Shown here one piece after another: positions 32,185 through 43,248 of a stretch of 64,000 nucleotides of DNA. The stretch comes from an uncultured delta proteobacterium (GTDB taxonomy: Bacteria > Desulfobacterota > RBG-13-43-22): assembly GCA_963802945.1 (NCBI GenBank), contig CAWDKY010000032.1:64001-128000 (forward strand). The letters run 5' to 3'. The position numbers and the translations under genes are program-made. Below the pieces are notes generated by a model. It was not told the origin of the DNA. It searched no databases and saw only the letters and a list, made by a program, of their open reading frames with translations. The first letter of the stretch is position 1; every line of letters starts with the position of its first letter.

Positions 32185-33625
32185 TTAAAACCGATGGTCT
32201 TTCTTATCCTCTTTTTTATCCGGGTTAAGGCTCTTGACTTCTTTTTCAATTCGTTCTTTCTGCTGGGGATCTTTTTCAACATATTTCAAGGCGGTTTGGA
32301 AATGAAACAAGGCCTTCTTTCTATCTCCCTTCAAACCGAACGACTTTCCAAAATAATAATGGGCCTGTCCCAGATTGTTCAAATTTCCATAGACCATACC
32401 CAGATAATAATAAAGATCCTCTCCCTCCGAACCGAGCTTCAAGGCCCTTTGAAAATTTTCCAGGGCCAATAGATTTTCCCCTTTTTCCTGGTAGGCTCGG
32501 CCTAGAAAAAAAGCGGTGCTGGCATCTCTTGGATCAAGAATGGAGGCCTGACCCAATTTTTGAATGGCCTTTTCCAGGTCTCCCTTCATAAAAAAGGCTT
32601 GACCTAAATCTCTCACCAGGTAGATCTCTTGCGGTCTTAGCAATAATGCCTTCTCAAATTGATCGACGGCATCGTCAAATTTCCCTTCACGGATATCAAT
32701 CCAGCCTTGGCCGTAATGGACCCAAAATAAAGTTTGGGTGTCCTTGGCCCAGGACTGAAAAAGATTTCTGGCCCTTTGTAAGTCACCATAGTTGGTCAGG
32801 ATAATGGTTTGGACGCGTCGGAATTCATCGGAAGTCCCCCGCCAGGGACCCTGATTGGCATATTGTTGTATCAGGCTTTCAATATGGGACATGCGGTCCA
32901 CGGTCAGGGGATGGGTCATCATATAGGCCGGGATCCCTTCTGAACCAAATGACCCCCAGCGGCGAAGGTTGTCGAACAGATCGATCATGCCCTTGGGATT
33001 GAATCCCGTCTTGGACATATATTTGAATCCAAAATTGTCTGCCTCGCTTTCGTCCTCTCGACTGTATTGCAGGAACAAGGTCTGGGCCGTGGCCATAGAA
33101 CCGGCCATGGTGGCCATCAGCTATGTTGGGATCTCCGGCCAAAATGCCGAGCAAAACCGCAGCCATGGTGGCCAGGCCGATCTTTTTTTGTTTTTCCATC
33201 TGTCTGGAAATGTGGTGGTGGGTGACATGGGTGATCTCGTGGCCGAGTAAACCGGCCAGTTCAGCTTCCGAGTTCATGATTTGAATAATGCCGGTGGTAA
33301 CAAAGACATGTCCGCCCGGAACGGAAAAGGCATTCAATTGGGGATCCTTTAAGAGGTAAAAACGAAAAGGGTAGGGTTGTGGCCCGGCTTGTTTGAGAAT
33401 CTCTTGGCCCAGTCTATTGAGATATTCCAGGAGCAAAGGATCATGGATCACGGAGAATTCCTTCTCCACTTCTCGGACTGCATCTTCTCCTAACTTTTGT
33501 TCCTCTGCGGTGGTCAGGGCGCAAATATTTCCTCCAGTTCCTGGCAACCAGAAATTGATTTGAAAAAATAGGAAAAATCCTATTAGCCCACTGATGATCT
33601 TAATCAATTTGTTGCGCATGCTCAT
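32185..33625 (-). CDS. M48 metallopeptidase with TPR repeats, BepA-like (frameshift ~33120)
   Basis: NAFSVPGG, HEITH, YSREDESEAD, THP, TPRs. Confidence 0.87.
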
Positions 33626-35172
33626 CCAATCAAACAGCTTCCCGTCATCTCCTCGGGGATCGGAATATTTAAAATGGTCAGGATCGTCGGGGCAACATCA
33701 GCCAGTATCCCGTCTTTTAGCCGAACCTGGGGTCTTTCCGGATCTATCAATAAAACAGGGACCGGATTGGCTGAAGTATGGGCCGTATGAGGCCCCCCAT
33801 TTTTTAGGTCGATCATTTCTTCGGCGTTGCCGTGATCCCCGGTTAACAATACCATCCCTCCTTGATCGGCTACCGCTGAGATCACCTGACCCAAACAGGT
33901 GTCAACCACCTCACAGGCTTGAACAGCCGCTTCCAATTTACCGGTGTGCCCGACCATATCCAGATTAGCATAATTCAAGACCATAAATCCATAGCGCTTG
34001 AATCTTATCCGCTTGATGATCTCCACGGTCACTTCCGGGGCGCTCATAGCCGGTTTTAGATCGTAAGTAGGGACATCCCTGGTCGAGGGAATTAGACAGC
34101 GATCCTCCAAGGGGAAAGGGGTTTCTACGCCTCCATTGAAAAAATAGGTCACATGGGCATACTTTTCGGTTTCGGCGATCCGGAGCTGAGGGATCCCTTG
34201 TTGACTGATGGTTTCTCCCAGGGTATGGGTTAGGTTTTGCGGAGGAAAGGCCACCTCTACCGCTGGAGAAAAATGGGAGTCATATTCAGTCATGGTCATA
34301 AATTTTGAAAGTTTAGGACGTCCGACCACCGAAAAGGGAGAGAAATCCTGCTCAATAAAGGCCCGGGTAATCTCTCTGGCCCGGTCGGCCCGGAAGTTAA
34401 AGAAAAAAACCGTATCCCCATTCTGAAGGGTTCCTATCGGACGGGCATCTTCTCCCATCAGAATTCGTGGAGCGATAAATTCATCCGTTTCTCCCTTTTG
34501 GTAGGCCTCCTTCATGGCCTGAACAGGATCCCGGCAAGGAATCCCCTGCCCTTCGGTCAAGGCTTGAAAGGCCTTTTCCACACGTTCCCAGCGATTGTCC
34601 CGATCCATGGCATAGAATCGTCCACAGATGGAGGCTATCCGACCCACCCCGATCTCCCGCATCTGTTCCTGTAATTGACGTATGAACTCCACACCCTTTT
34701 GAGGAGGGGTGTCGCGTCCATCGGTGATGACCTGGATCATCACCCGTTCCAAATTTTCTTTTTTGGCCAACTGGAGGAGAGCCAAAAGATGATTAATGTG
34801 GCTGTGAACTCCGCCATCCGAAACCAGGCCCAGAAGGTGGAGAGTTTTTCCTCCATCACGGCATTGCCGGATCATGTTAAGTAATCCGGGATGAATAAAA
34901 AATTCGCCTTTCCGGATGGACAGGTCAATCCGGGTTATATCTTGATAGACGATGCGACCGGCCCCAAGGTTAAGATGCCCCACCTCGGAATTGCCCATCT
35001 GGCCTTCCGGCAGGCCGACCGATTCACCCCAGCACTTCAGTTTTGCATGAGGCCGGGTATTAAATAATTGATTCATAATCGGGGTGTTGGCCCGGGTTAT
35101 GGCATTCCCCGGATAATCAGGACCTATTCCCCAGCCGTCCAGGATCATGAGGAGGAAAAGAGGAGAAGACAT
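33622..35172 (-). CDS. gpmI: 2,3-bisphosphoglycerate-independent phosphoglycerate mutase
   Basis: ILDGWG, GQMGNSEVGH, AETEKYAHVT, DMVGHTG. Confidence 0.96.
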   Translation of the reverse strand: MSSPLFLLMILDGWGIGPDYPGNAITRANTPIMNQLFNTRPHAKLKCWGESVGLPEGQMGNSEVGHLNLGAGRIVYQDITRIDLSIRKGEFFIHPGLLNMIRQCRDGGKTLHLLGLVSDGGVHSHINHLLALLQLAKKENLERVMIQVITDGRDTPPQKGVEFIRQLQEQMREIGVGRIASICGRFYAMDRDNRWERVEKAFQALTEGQGIPCRDPVQAMKEAYQKGETDEFIAPRILMGEDARPIGTLQNGDTVFFFNFRADRAREITRAFIEQDFSPFSVVGRPKLSKFMTMTEYDSHFSPAVEVAFPPQNLTHTLGETISQQGIPQLRIAETEKYAHVTYFFNGGVETPFPLEDRCLIPSTRDVPTYDLKPAMSAPEVTVEIIKRIRFKRYGFMVLNYANLDMVGHTGKLEAAVQACEVVDTCLGQVISAVADQGGMVLLTGDHGNAEEMIDLKNGGPHTAHTSANPVPVLLIDPERPQVRLKDGILADVAPTILTILNIPIPEEMTGSCLIG

Positions 35173-35564
35173 CAGGACACCTCAGGAAGGGAATCATTCG
35201 AAGGGATAAGCAGGCGTGGGGCTTCCATCCAAAGCCCTTCCAAATCATAGAATTCTCTAACCGACTCAAAAAAGATATGCACAATCACCTCATCATAATC
35301 CATCAAAATCCATTGCCCTGTTGCCATCCCTTCTTTTCCGCGAAGCCGGATTCCCTGCTTGCTGAGTGTCTCTTCCAAGTGACCGGCCAGGGCCTGGGTC
35401 TGACGGGTTGAACTCCCGCCCAGGATCAAAAAGAAATCGGCAAAGGAACAGCTTTTCCGCACATCAAGCAAAACAGGGTTTCGGGGCTTTCTTTGAAGGG
35501 CTGTCCGGGTCACCAACAGGGCCTTCCCCCGAGCGGATAACTTTTTATGATGTTTAGAGGGCAT
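35172..35564 (-). CDS. rsfS: Ribosome silencing factor
   Basis: WILMDY..VIVHIF...REFYDLEGLW. Confidence 0.92.
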   Translation of the reverse strand: MPSKHHKKLSARGKALLVTRTALQRKPRNPVLLDVRKSCSFADFFLILGGSSTRQTQALAGHLEETLSKQGIRLRGKEGMATGQWILMDYDEVIVHIFFESVREFYDLEGLWMEAPRLLIPSNDSLPEVS

Positions 35565-36201
35565 AGAAATTTTTTGATAAAATATAGTCTTCCACCTTTT
35601 CAGGTAAGAGATACCGGATAGATTTTTTATGTTGTCTGAGCAAACGAATCCGGGTTGAGGAAATGTCCATCAGGGTTATGGGAAACACATAGATCGAAAA
35701 TCCCCCCGGGTGCAGGAAACGATTCTCCTTGGGAAAATAAATAATATCAGGGGATATTTCCTGACGAATAAAATCTTTGATCCGGTTTCGATGATATCCC
35801 GGACGATCCATGACCACAAAGTGACACAAGCCAAAAAGATCCCGATACGATTTCCAGGTATTGATTTCCAAAAAGGCGTCTAACCCAACAATAAAAAAAA
35901 TCCCCCATTCGGGACCGAAGGTTTTTTTAAAAAACCGCACCGTCTGGATGGTATAGGACTTTCCTTTCCTCTTTTTTTCAACATCCGAGGCCTTAAAAGA
36001 GGGATGTCCGGCGATGGCCAAACGGATCATCTTTAAACGATGGACAAAAGGAATAAGATTCGTGGTTTCCTTGTGAGGCGGTAAGGCCGTTGGGATAAAC
36101 AGGACCTGGCTTAAGGAAAAGGCCTCCTGGATTTCCAGGCCAGCCCTGAGGTGACCCAAATGGATAGGATTGAAGGCCCCGCCGAAAAGACCAAGGCGCA
36201 T
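35554..36201 (-). CDS. nadD: Nicotinate-nucleotide adenylyltransferase
   Basis: GGAFNPIHLGH, ISSTRIR; ORF-track N-terminal extension is repeat DNA. Confidence 0.94.
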   Translation of the reverse strand: MRLGLFGGAFNPIHLGHLRAGLEIQEAFSLSQVLFIPTALPPHKETTNLIPFVHRLKMIRLAIAGHPSFKASDVEKKRKGKSYTIQTVRFFKKTFGPEWGIFFIVGLDAFLEINTWKSYRDLFGLCHFVVMDRPGYHRNRIKDFIRQEISPDIIYFPKENRFLHPGGFSIYVFPITLMDISSTRIRLLRQHKKSIRYLLPEKVEDYILSKNFYAL

Positions 36202-36202
36202 A

Positions 36203-36395
36203 GATTGCGGATTTCGGATTACGGATTGTAGAGTTTGGAGTTCAGAGTTCGGAGTTCGGAGTCTTTGGCTAAAAGCAGAAGTCTGTTTTAGACCTGTGTC
36301 GGTCCTTGAACCTCCTGCACCTGCGGGCCTGCAGGCGCAGGCCTTGAACCTTGAACCTTTTGTTTCTCGTCCCTCGTCCCTCATCCCTCTTGCCT
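36203..36395. repeat. Cluster of heptamer tandem repeats between proA and nadD
   Basis: (ATTGCGG/ATTTCGG/ATTACGG), (GAGTTCG)n, (CCTTGAA)n, (CTCGTCC)n. Confidence 0.7.
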
Positions 36396-36396
36396 T

Positions 36397-37662
36397 CTAA
36401 CTCCTCACCTGCCCCTGACCAAAGACAATAAATTTCGTGGTCGTCAATTCATTTAAACCCATAGGACCGAAGGCGTGCAGTTTGGAAGTGCTGATTCCGA
36501 TTTCCGCCCCAAGACCCAACTGAAACCCGTCATTGAAACGGGTGGAGGCATTGACCAAAACCACCGAAGAATCCACCGATTTTAAAAACTCCCGGGCCCG
36601 GTCATAATCCTGAGTAACAATGGCCTCCGTATGTTTGGAACTGTATTTATTGATATGGGCTATGGCCTCTTTCAGATTAGACACTATCCGGACAGCCAGG
36701 ATCAGGTCCAGATATTCTTCGTACCAGTCTTCTTCTGTGGCTTCCCGAATCCCTTTTCCTTTTCCAATGATCTTAAGGGTGGCGGGACAGCCTCGTATCT
36801 CAACCCCTTCTTTGCGGAATCGTTGTACCATGCCGGGCAGGAATGCCTTGGCTATGTCCTTATGGACCAGGAGGGTTTCCATGGCATTACAGACCCCCGG
36901 ACGCTGAACCTTGGCGTTGAGGCAAATCTGATAGGCCATAGAAATATCCGCCCCTTGATCGACAAAAACATGACAAACCCCTTTATAGTGCTTCAGGACC
37001 GGCATACGGGCCTGGGCCGTCACCATGCGGATCAGTCCCTCCCCGCCCCTGGGGATAACCAGGTCGATGTATTCTTCCAATTTCAACAATTCGGCCGTGG
37101 CCTCCCGGTCCGTAGTCGGTATGATCTGAATTGCCCCTTTGGGTATTCCTTCCTGAATCAGGCAGTCTTGAAGTATTTTGGTCAAGATCAAGTTAGACCG
37201 GATGGCCTCGCTACCGCCTTTCAAGATGATGGCGTTGCCGGATTTCAGGCAAAGTCCGGCCGCATCCACGGTCACATTGGGACGGGATTCATAGATGAAA
37301 CCGATCACCCCCAGAGGGATACGCATGCGTCCTACCTGCAAGCCGTTGGGACGAAGCCACATTCCGGTAACCTCTCCCACCGGATCAGGCAACAGGGCGA
37401 CTTCCTGAAGGCCCTGAGCTATTTCCTTTAAAATCACTTCAGTCAGTTTGAGGCGATCGAGAAAGGCATTGGGATGACCTGCTTTGGCGGCCTCTTCCAG
37501 GTCTTTTTTATTTTCTTTAAGGATAACCCTGGATTGTTTTATCAGGGCTTGGGCCATCCGTTCCAAGGTCTGGTTCTTTTGTTTGGAATTAAGTTCGGCC
37601 AAAGCTGGACAGGCCTCTTTGGCGTTTTTAGCTATTTGAAGAATTTGTTTTTTAAGTTCCAT
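36397..37662 (-). CDS. proA: Glutamate-5-semialdehyde dehydrogenase
   Basis: [34 protein letters not shown]. Confidence 0.96.
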   Translation of the reverse strand: MELKKQILQIAKNAKEACPALAELNSKQKNQTLERMAQALIKQSRVILKENKKDLEEAAKAGHPNAFLDRLKLTEVILKEIAQGLQEVALLPDPVGEVTGMWLRPNGLQVGRMRIPLGVIGFIYESRPNVTVDAAGLCLKSGNAIILKGGSEAIRSNLILTKILQDCLIQEGIPKGAIQIIPTTDREATAELLKLEEYIDLVIPRGGEGLIRMVTAQARMPVLKHYKGVCHVFVDQGADISMAYQICLNAKVQRPGVCNAMETLLVHKDIAKAFLPGMVQRFRKEGVEIRGCPATLKIIGKGKGIREATEEDWYEEYLDLILAVRIVSNLKEAIAHINKYSSKHTEAIVTQDYDRAREFLKSVDSSVVLVNASTRFNDGFQLGLGAEIGISTSKLHAFGPMGLNELTTTKFIVFGQGQVRS

Positions 37663-37739
37663 GAACAATCTCCTAAAGATAATACGTTGTTCTTTTCCGT
37701 TGAAAAGGATCAGTCGACGAACGCTCAACGCCGAACGAT

Positions 37740-38880
37740 TTACCCTTCCGCCTTGGTTATGACCATATTGTCCCGGTGTATCACTTCATCCGAATGTTTG
37801 AATTCCAGTCGTCTTTCAATTTCCGAGGTCTTCAGTCCACGGATTTTCATTATATCTGAAGACGAATAATTAACCAGTCCTTTTCCAACAACTCGATCTG
37901 TTTGATCCACAAGGCTGACACAGGCTCCGATCCCAAAACGCCCGCGCACTTCAACCACTCCTGAAGGCAGCAGACTTTTCCCCTTTTCCGTCACAGCCTT
38001 TTTAGCCCCTTCATCCACGACAATTTCCCCTTTGGGTTTAAGGGTAAAAGCGATCCAGTGTTTCTTCCGACTTAAGAGCGGTTTTTGGGGTAGGAAAAAG
38101 GTACCCAGGGGTTTCCCTTTGATGATCTCTTGTAGAACACCCGGCTTCCTTCCATTGGCGACAATGACCGGAATACCGCCGGCTGTGACCTTTCGAGCGG
38201 CCATTATCTTGGAGCGCATCCCGCCCAAACCCCACTGCTCCTGAATATTTCGAGGTATATTCGACGACCTTTCCATCGACATGTTCAACCACGGGAATTA
38301 AGCGGGCCTTGGGGTCTTCCCGAGGATCCCGATCATAAAGTCCTTCCGTATCGGTCAGAACGATTAACAGATCGCTTTCGATCAGATGAGCGATCAAGGC
38401 CGAAAGGTTGTCATTGTCGCCGAATTTAATTTCATCCACAGCCACCGTGTCGTTTTCGTTGATAATCGGGATGATTCCCCATTCTAAAAGGGTGATCAAG
38501 GTATTTCTGGCGTTCAGATACCGTTGACGATTGGTTAGGTCTTCACGGGTCAAAAGGATCTGGGCCACCAACAACTGATGGGTATTAAAGGCCTCTTCAT
38601 AAGCATACATCAAGCTTCCCTGGCCGACCGCCGCCACGGCTTGTTTCTGAGGAATGGTAACCGGTTTCCGGCTCAGACCCATCTTGCCTACACCCGAAGC
38701 AATGGCCCCTGAACTGACGATAGCCGTTTGATACCCTTTCTTTCTCAAAAAGGCGATATCATCGGCCAAACGGGCAATGGCCGGACGATGCAATACCCCG
38801 TTATCGGTCAGGACTGCGCTGCCGATTTTGATTACGATCTTTTTAATCCCTTTAATGAGGGCTTTTCGTTGTTCCATCAA
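37740..38880 (-). CDS. proB: Glutamate 5-kinase (frameshift ~38240)
   Basis: KIGSAVL, NENDTV, FGDND, GGMRSK, PUA domain. Confidence 0.93.
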
Positions 38881-39900
38881 TCCGGTCCAATTCTCCAGAG
38901 TCTCTTGGTCGCAACAGTCGAAAAAAGGTGATCTATTAAAAAGGGAATACCTTCTCCGGTTTTGGCCGATATGGGAATCACATCCTGTTTGAGCTTTTTA
39001 AAAGCCCTTTGGATCCTTTTGAAATTGGCTTGCGATGGAGGTAAGTCCATCTTATTGACCACCACCAGTCGAGTTTTATCCAAAAGGGTCGTGATTATAG
39101 GCCTCCATTTCCTTTACCAGGGTCTGATAGGAAAAAAAGGTTCTTTCCCTGGTAAGGAGCCGTCAATCAAAAACACTAGAACTTCAGTCCGATCAATGTG
39201 CTTGAGGAATTTGAGTCCCAGCCCGGCCCCCTCGCTTGCACCGGCAATAATCCCAGGAATATCGGCTATAGTCAAGCGCTGTCCTTGATTATTTTCAAGA
39301 ATCCCAAGGTTGGGTGCAAGGGTGGTAAAAGGATAGTCGGAAATTTTGGGTTTGGCGTGCTGAAAGCCTGGAAAGCAGGGTAGATTTCCCGGCATTGGGC
39401 AGGCCCACCAGTCCTATCTGGGCCAATACTTTCAACTCCAGTAACAGCCAGGCCTCGATGCCCGGCTCTCCTCTTTGGGCGAATCTCGGGGTCCGATGAG
39501 TGGCCGTGGCAAAGTGCTTATTCCCCTTGCCCCCTCTCCCACCCCGGGCAACGACTAAGGTCTGACCTTCTCTGGTTAAATCCGCTAAGACTTCCCCTGT
39601 TTCCAGCTCCCGAACCAGGGTCCCCAAGGGAACGATGAGTCGAATGTCCTGGCCTTTTCTGCCGTCTCGATCATTACCCTGACCGTGGGCCCCTTTGGGG
39701 GCCTTAAAATGCTGATGAAAATGATAATCCTGTAAGGTCTGACACTGAGAGGTGGCGGTAATCAGGACGTCCCCGCCCTTGCCCCCATCGCCGCCGTCCG
39801 GACCTCCCCGGGGTTTAAATTTCTCCCGTCGGAAGCTTAGGCACCCATTGCCCCCGTCTCCGGATCGAACAAAAATTTTGGCTTCGTCAAAGAATTTCAA
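38877..39900 (-). CDS. obgE: GTPase Obg (several frameshifts)
   Basis: [33 protein letters not shown] in successive frames. Confidence 0.92.
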
Positions 39901-39982
39901 AGATAGCTGGAAGGAAACTGTGATGGGTTACGGTTTAATAAATCCTCATCCGAAGAAAATGAATTCGGATGAGTGCGGTCAC

Positions 39983-40060
39983 TTATCTGCTTTCAGCTAT
40001 CAGCAAAGACCGTTAGCAGCAATGGGTTGGCTAAATCCAGATCGCTGACTGCTGGAAGCT
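39983..40060. repeat. Inverted heptamer repeat (TCAGCTA/GCTGACT family)
   Basis: gctttcagctatcagc ... gctgactgctggaagc. Confidence 0.5.
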
Positions 40061-40096
40061 CCATCTGGAAATCTTTGATTTCCGGATGGGCACTAA

Positions 40097-40345
40097 TTAA
40101 TAGACGCTGATCCTTTTTCGGTCTTTTCCCCAGCGCTCGAAGGTCACCACCCCATCTATTTTGGCAAAGATGGTAAAATCCTTTCCCAATCCCACGTTTT
40201 CACCGGGATGAAACTGGGTGCCGACCTGCCGGACCAGGATATTTCCGGCCTTAACCTTCTGGCCGCCATATCGCTTGATTCCAAATCGTTGTCCTTCGCT
40301 ATCTCGGCCGTTTCTTGAACTGCCGCCGGCTTTTTTATGTGCCAT
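40097..40345 (-). CDS. rpmA: 50S ribosomal protein L27
   Basis: [16 protein letters not shown]. Confidence 0.98.
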   Translation of the reverse strand: MAHKKAGGSSRNGRDSEGQRFGIKRYGGQKVKAGNILVRQVGTQFHPGENVGLGKDFTIFAKIDGVVTFERWGKDRKRISVY

Positions 40346-40355
40346 AACAACCCCT

Positions 40356-40670
40356 CTAAACCCCTTGGATTTCTGTTATTTTAAACTGGGTATAAGGCTG
40401 CCGGTGTCCGACCATTTTCTTATACCCTTTTCTTCTCTTATGTTTAAAAATCAATATCTTCCGGTCACGGCCCTGATGGAGGATCTCCCCGACCACCGAA
40501 ACCCCATCCAAATAGGGTTTGCCCACCAGAATCTCCTGCTCCCGGGCGACAAATAGGACATTGGGTATGGATACCGTTGTCCCTTTTTCGCCCTCTAAGG
40601 TTTCGATCCGAATCACGTCTCCGGGGGCTACCTGATACTGTTTTCCCCCGGTCTGAATAATGGCATACAT
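40356..40670 (-). CDS. rplU: 50S ribosomal protein L21
   Basis: [12 protein letters not shown]...GHRQPYT. Confidence 0.97.
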   Translation of the reverse strand: MYAIIQTGGKQYQVAPGDVIRIETLEGEKGTTVSIPNVLFVAREQEILVGKPYLDGVSVVGEILHQGRDRKILIFKHKRRKGYKKMVGHRQPYTQFKITEIQGV

Positions 40671-40921
40671 GGCTGTTCCCTCACAAAAATTTATAAATAA
40701 AAAGTTTAACATTTAGTAAACTTTTTGTCAAACATAAAAATAATTTACTTTTAGAAGTCATTTTTAATTGAACGCGGATTAAAAAAGAAACTCCCAGAAC
40801 CTTGGACTTATTGATTATCTTGTAATTTTAAGCTTTTATTCAACATACTGGAGTGGTATACTGTCAGATAAGATTGGAAAAAACGAACTTCGTATATTAA
40901 ATTGTTGGAGCATTTAAAGGA

Positions 40922-41110
40922 TGATGGATTCGTAAAAAGTCATCAAATGAGACGGCACAGTAAAAAGCTCCGGATACAAGGCGCACAAATCCTGAGGAAT
41001 GAGGCATACAAAGAAGTACGCCGCAATAAGCTTGCCCCGCTGAAAAGCGGGGAAGGGTGCAGAGCAATCCCGCGAAACGCGGGACTGATGGACTTTTTAC
41101 GAGGCCGTCA
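40922..41110. mobile_element. MITE-like element with 4-bp target duplication
   Basis: TIRs TGATGGATTCGTAAAAAGTC / GACTTTTTACGAGGCCGTCA; AGGA on both sides. Confidence 0.78.
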
Positions 41111-41121
41111 AGGATGAGACC

Positions 41122-41568
41122 ATGGAATATCATGAAATACTAAAACGACTTGCACCATGCGGTCTGAGTTGCGCTAAATGTATGGCCTTTATTGATGGAG
41201 ACATAAAAAAGAACGCCAATGAGCTGAAAAGATTGCTGGGAGCTTTTGACAGCTACGCTGATCGATTTTCTCGTTTCAATCCGGTTTTCGAAAACTACCC
41301 TTCCTTCAAGAAGTTGTTAGAGCATTTCGGGCAAGGCGGTTGTAAAGGTTGTCGTAATGGGGATTGTGTATATCCGAACTGCGGTGTGGTTGCCTGTTAT
41401 AAACAGAAAGGAATCGATTTCTGTTTTCAATGCGATGAATTCCCCTGTGAAAAAACTAATTTTGATCTAAATCTCAAAGAGAGATGGATTAAAATGAATA
41501 ATTTGATGAAGCAAAAAGGCGTCGAGGCCTACTTTGAGGAGACGAAAGATTCGCCCCGATATATTTAG
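41122..41568 (+). CDS. Cys-rich DUF3795-like protein
   Basis: APCGLSCAKC, CKGC, CFQCDEFPC. Confidence 0.8.
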   Translation: MEYHEILKRLAPCGLSCAKCMAFIDGDIKKNANELKRLLGAFDSYADRFSRFNPVFENYPSFKKLLEHFGQGGCKGCRNGDCVYPNCGVVACYKQKGIDFCFQCDEFPCEKTNFDLNLKERWIKMNNLMKQKGVEAYFEETKDSPRYI

Positions 41569-41806
41569 CTTCTTCGATTATAGAAGGCTTTGATCCAGTT
41601 GATTGGCCTTAGAGGAATCTATACAAATAATTTAGGAGGCGGGACATGAAACGTTTATCGTCAGTATTGCGGCCTGGAAGACCATCCATTTTTTTAATAA
41701 TGATTGGATTGTCGTTGCCTACATGAAAATGAAGTAAAGTAGGTGGAAGTTCGTATATTAATTATTATGTGTCTTAATGATGAATATGAAGGAGATTGAG
41801 GAAATT

Positions 41807-42589
41807 ATGGATGAATTAATAGAAGTGAGACAGCACGAGAATATTGTTGAAGTTGCTTTGAATCGGCCCAAAGCATTTAACGCCTTCAATCTTGAAATGA
41901 TTTCGGAGCTGGCAAATATTTTAATGAGGCTATCTACGGAGAGTTCTGTGAAAGGTATTGCCCTTACAGGAAAAGGAAGGGCCTTTTGTGCCGGTGGAGA
42001 TCTTAAATGGGCTGTTCATTTTTCTGAGAAGCCCGGTTCTTCGTTCCACAGGTTAGCGTCACAATTACATCAATCTGTTGTTGAAATCCGGAGAATGAAT
42101 AAACCTGTTGTAGCCGCCATTAATGGTCCGGCAGCTGGAGCAGGTTTTGCCTTAGCCTTAGCCTGCGACTTTCGTGTCATGGAAGAATCGGCAGTTCTCA
42201 CACAGGCCTACACCTCAAATGGTCTTAGCATGGATGGAGGTGGTAGCTTTATGTTGCCGAGAGTTGTTGGATTTGCCCGTGCTTTAGAAATTGCCGCATT
42301 TGACAAACCTATATCGGCGAAACAGGCGATGGACTGGGGATTGGCAACCAAGGTAGTTGAAGATGGGACGGCTCTGAAAGTGGCCATCGATATGTTGAAT
42401 GAATTAGCAAAGGTTTCACTTCATTCTTTTGGCTGGTCGAAAAAATTGCTTAATGAATCTTTCAGCAATTCATTCGAATCACATATAGAATTAGAAAGAG
42501 AAGGACTTTCTGACTGTGCAAACCATCCTGATGGGAAGGAAGGACTGAACGCTTTCATTGAAAAGCGAAAACCTGTCTTTAACCGTTAA
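41807..42589 (+). CDS. Enoyl-CoA hydratase/isomerase family protein
   Basis: LNRP, AFCAGGDL, AAINGPAAGAG, AFIEKRKP. Confidence 0.92.
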   Translation: MDELIEVRQHENIVEVALNRPKAFNAFNLEMISELANILMRLSTESSVKGIALTGKGRAFCAGGDLKWAVHFSEKPGSSFHRLASQLHQSVVEIRRMNKPVVAAINGPAAGAGFALALACDFRVMEESAVLTQAYTSNGLSMDGGGSFMLPRVVGFARALEIAAFDKPISAKQAMDWGLATKVVEDGTALKVAIDMLNELAKVSLHSFGWSKKLLNESFSNSFESHIELEREGLSDCANHPDGKEGLNAFIEKRKPVFNR

Positions 42590-42644
42590 AAAGTTTATCG
42601 GAAATATACACATAATCGGTCGCTGACCCAGGACGCATAGACTT

Positions 42645-42700
42645 GGATCAGCCCTTTTGTCTTGATATCTTACTGATACCATAATAAAGGTCCTGGCCCT
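42645..42700 (+). repeat. Palindromic spacer R1 (~52 bp)
   Basis: ggatcagcccttttgtcttgatatcttactgataccataataaaggtcctggccc. Confidence 0.75.
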
Positions 42701-42736
42701 TTTTACATTCAACAATCATTCTCCATGGAGGGTTTT

Positions 42737-43042
42737 ATGGAATGGTATTATTATCTCGCTGGCTTCTTCGCTGGTTTGTTTTTAACCAATGCTATTCCAC
42801 ATTTCGTGCATGGTATATCCGGTAATCGTTTTCCGACCCCCTTCGCAAAGCCACCGGGCAAAGGATTATCATCTCCAACAGTAAATGTTTTGTGGGCTCT
42901 TGCTAATCTCATTATCGGGTACATCCTCTTTAGAGTGGGTATGGTCTCTCAAACAAATATATGGACCCTTGTCACGTTTTTTGCCGGTGTCGCTTTCGCC
43001 AGTATAGTGTTAAGCCTTACATTCATTAATAAGGAGCATTAG
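42737..43042 (+). CDS. Small membrane protein
   Basis: Three hydrophobic segments; NAIPHFVHG, FPTPFAKPPG; GGAGG RBS. Confidence 0.8.
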   Translation: MEWYYYLAGFFAGLFLTNAIPHFVHGISGNRFPTPFAKPPGKGLSSPTVNVLWALANLIIGYILFRVGMVSQTNIWTLVTFFAGVAFASIVLSLTFINKEH

Positions 43043-43108
43043 GAACTCAAGCTAATTAAGGCTTGTAACATAAACCCTGTAAGTGAGAAACACTGTTGGG
43101 TAGAATAA

Positions 43109-43162
43109 GGGTAGGCCTGTTGTCTTGATTTTTTACTAACACCATAATAAAAGACCCTATTT
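43109..43162 (+). repeat. Palindromic spacer R2
   Basis: gggtaggcctgttgtcttgattttttactaacaccataataaaagaccctat. Confidence 0.75.
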
Positions 43163-43248
43163 TCTGTGCTCGGTCGGACGAAGAACACACTCGTAAAGAC
43201 TATTCGTCATTAGGGGAGGCACCCTATAAGGGAGCACGGAGGTGCACC

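Noticed and set aside
36202-36384. N-terminal extension of NadD
   Set aside because: It is translated heptamer-repeat DNA; the real start is at MRLGLFGG.
38877-39900. obgE/proB pseudogenes or programmed frameshifting
   Set aside because: obgE is essential and indels are window-wide, so sequencing error is more parsimonious.
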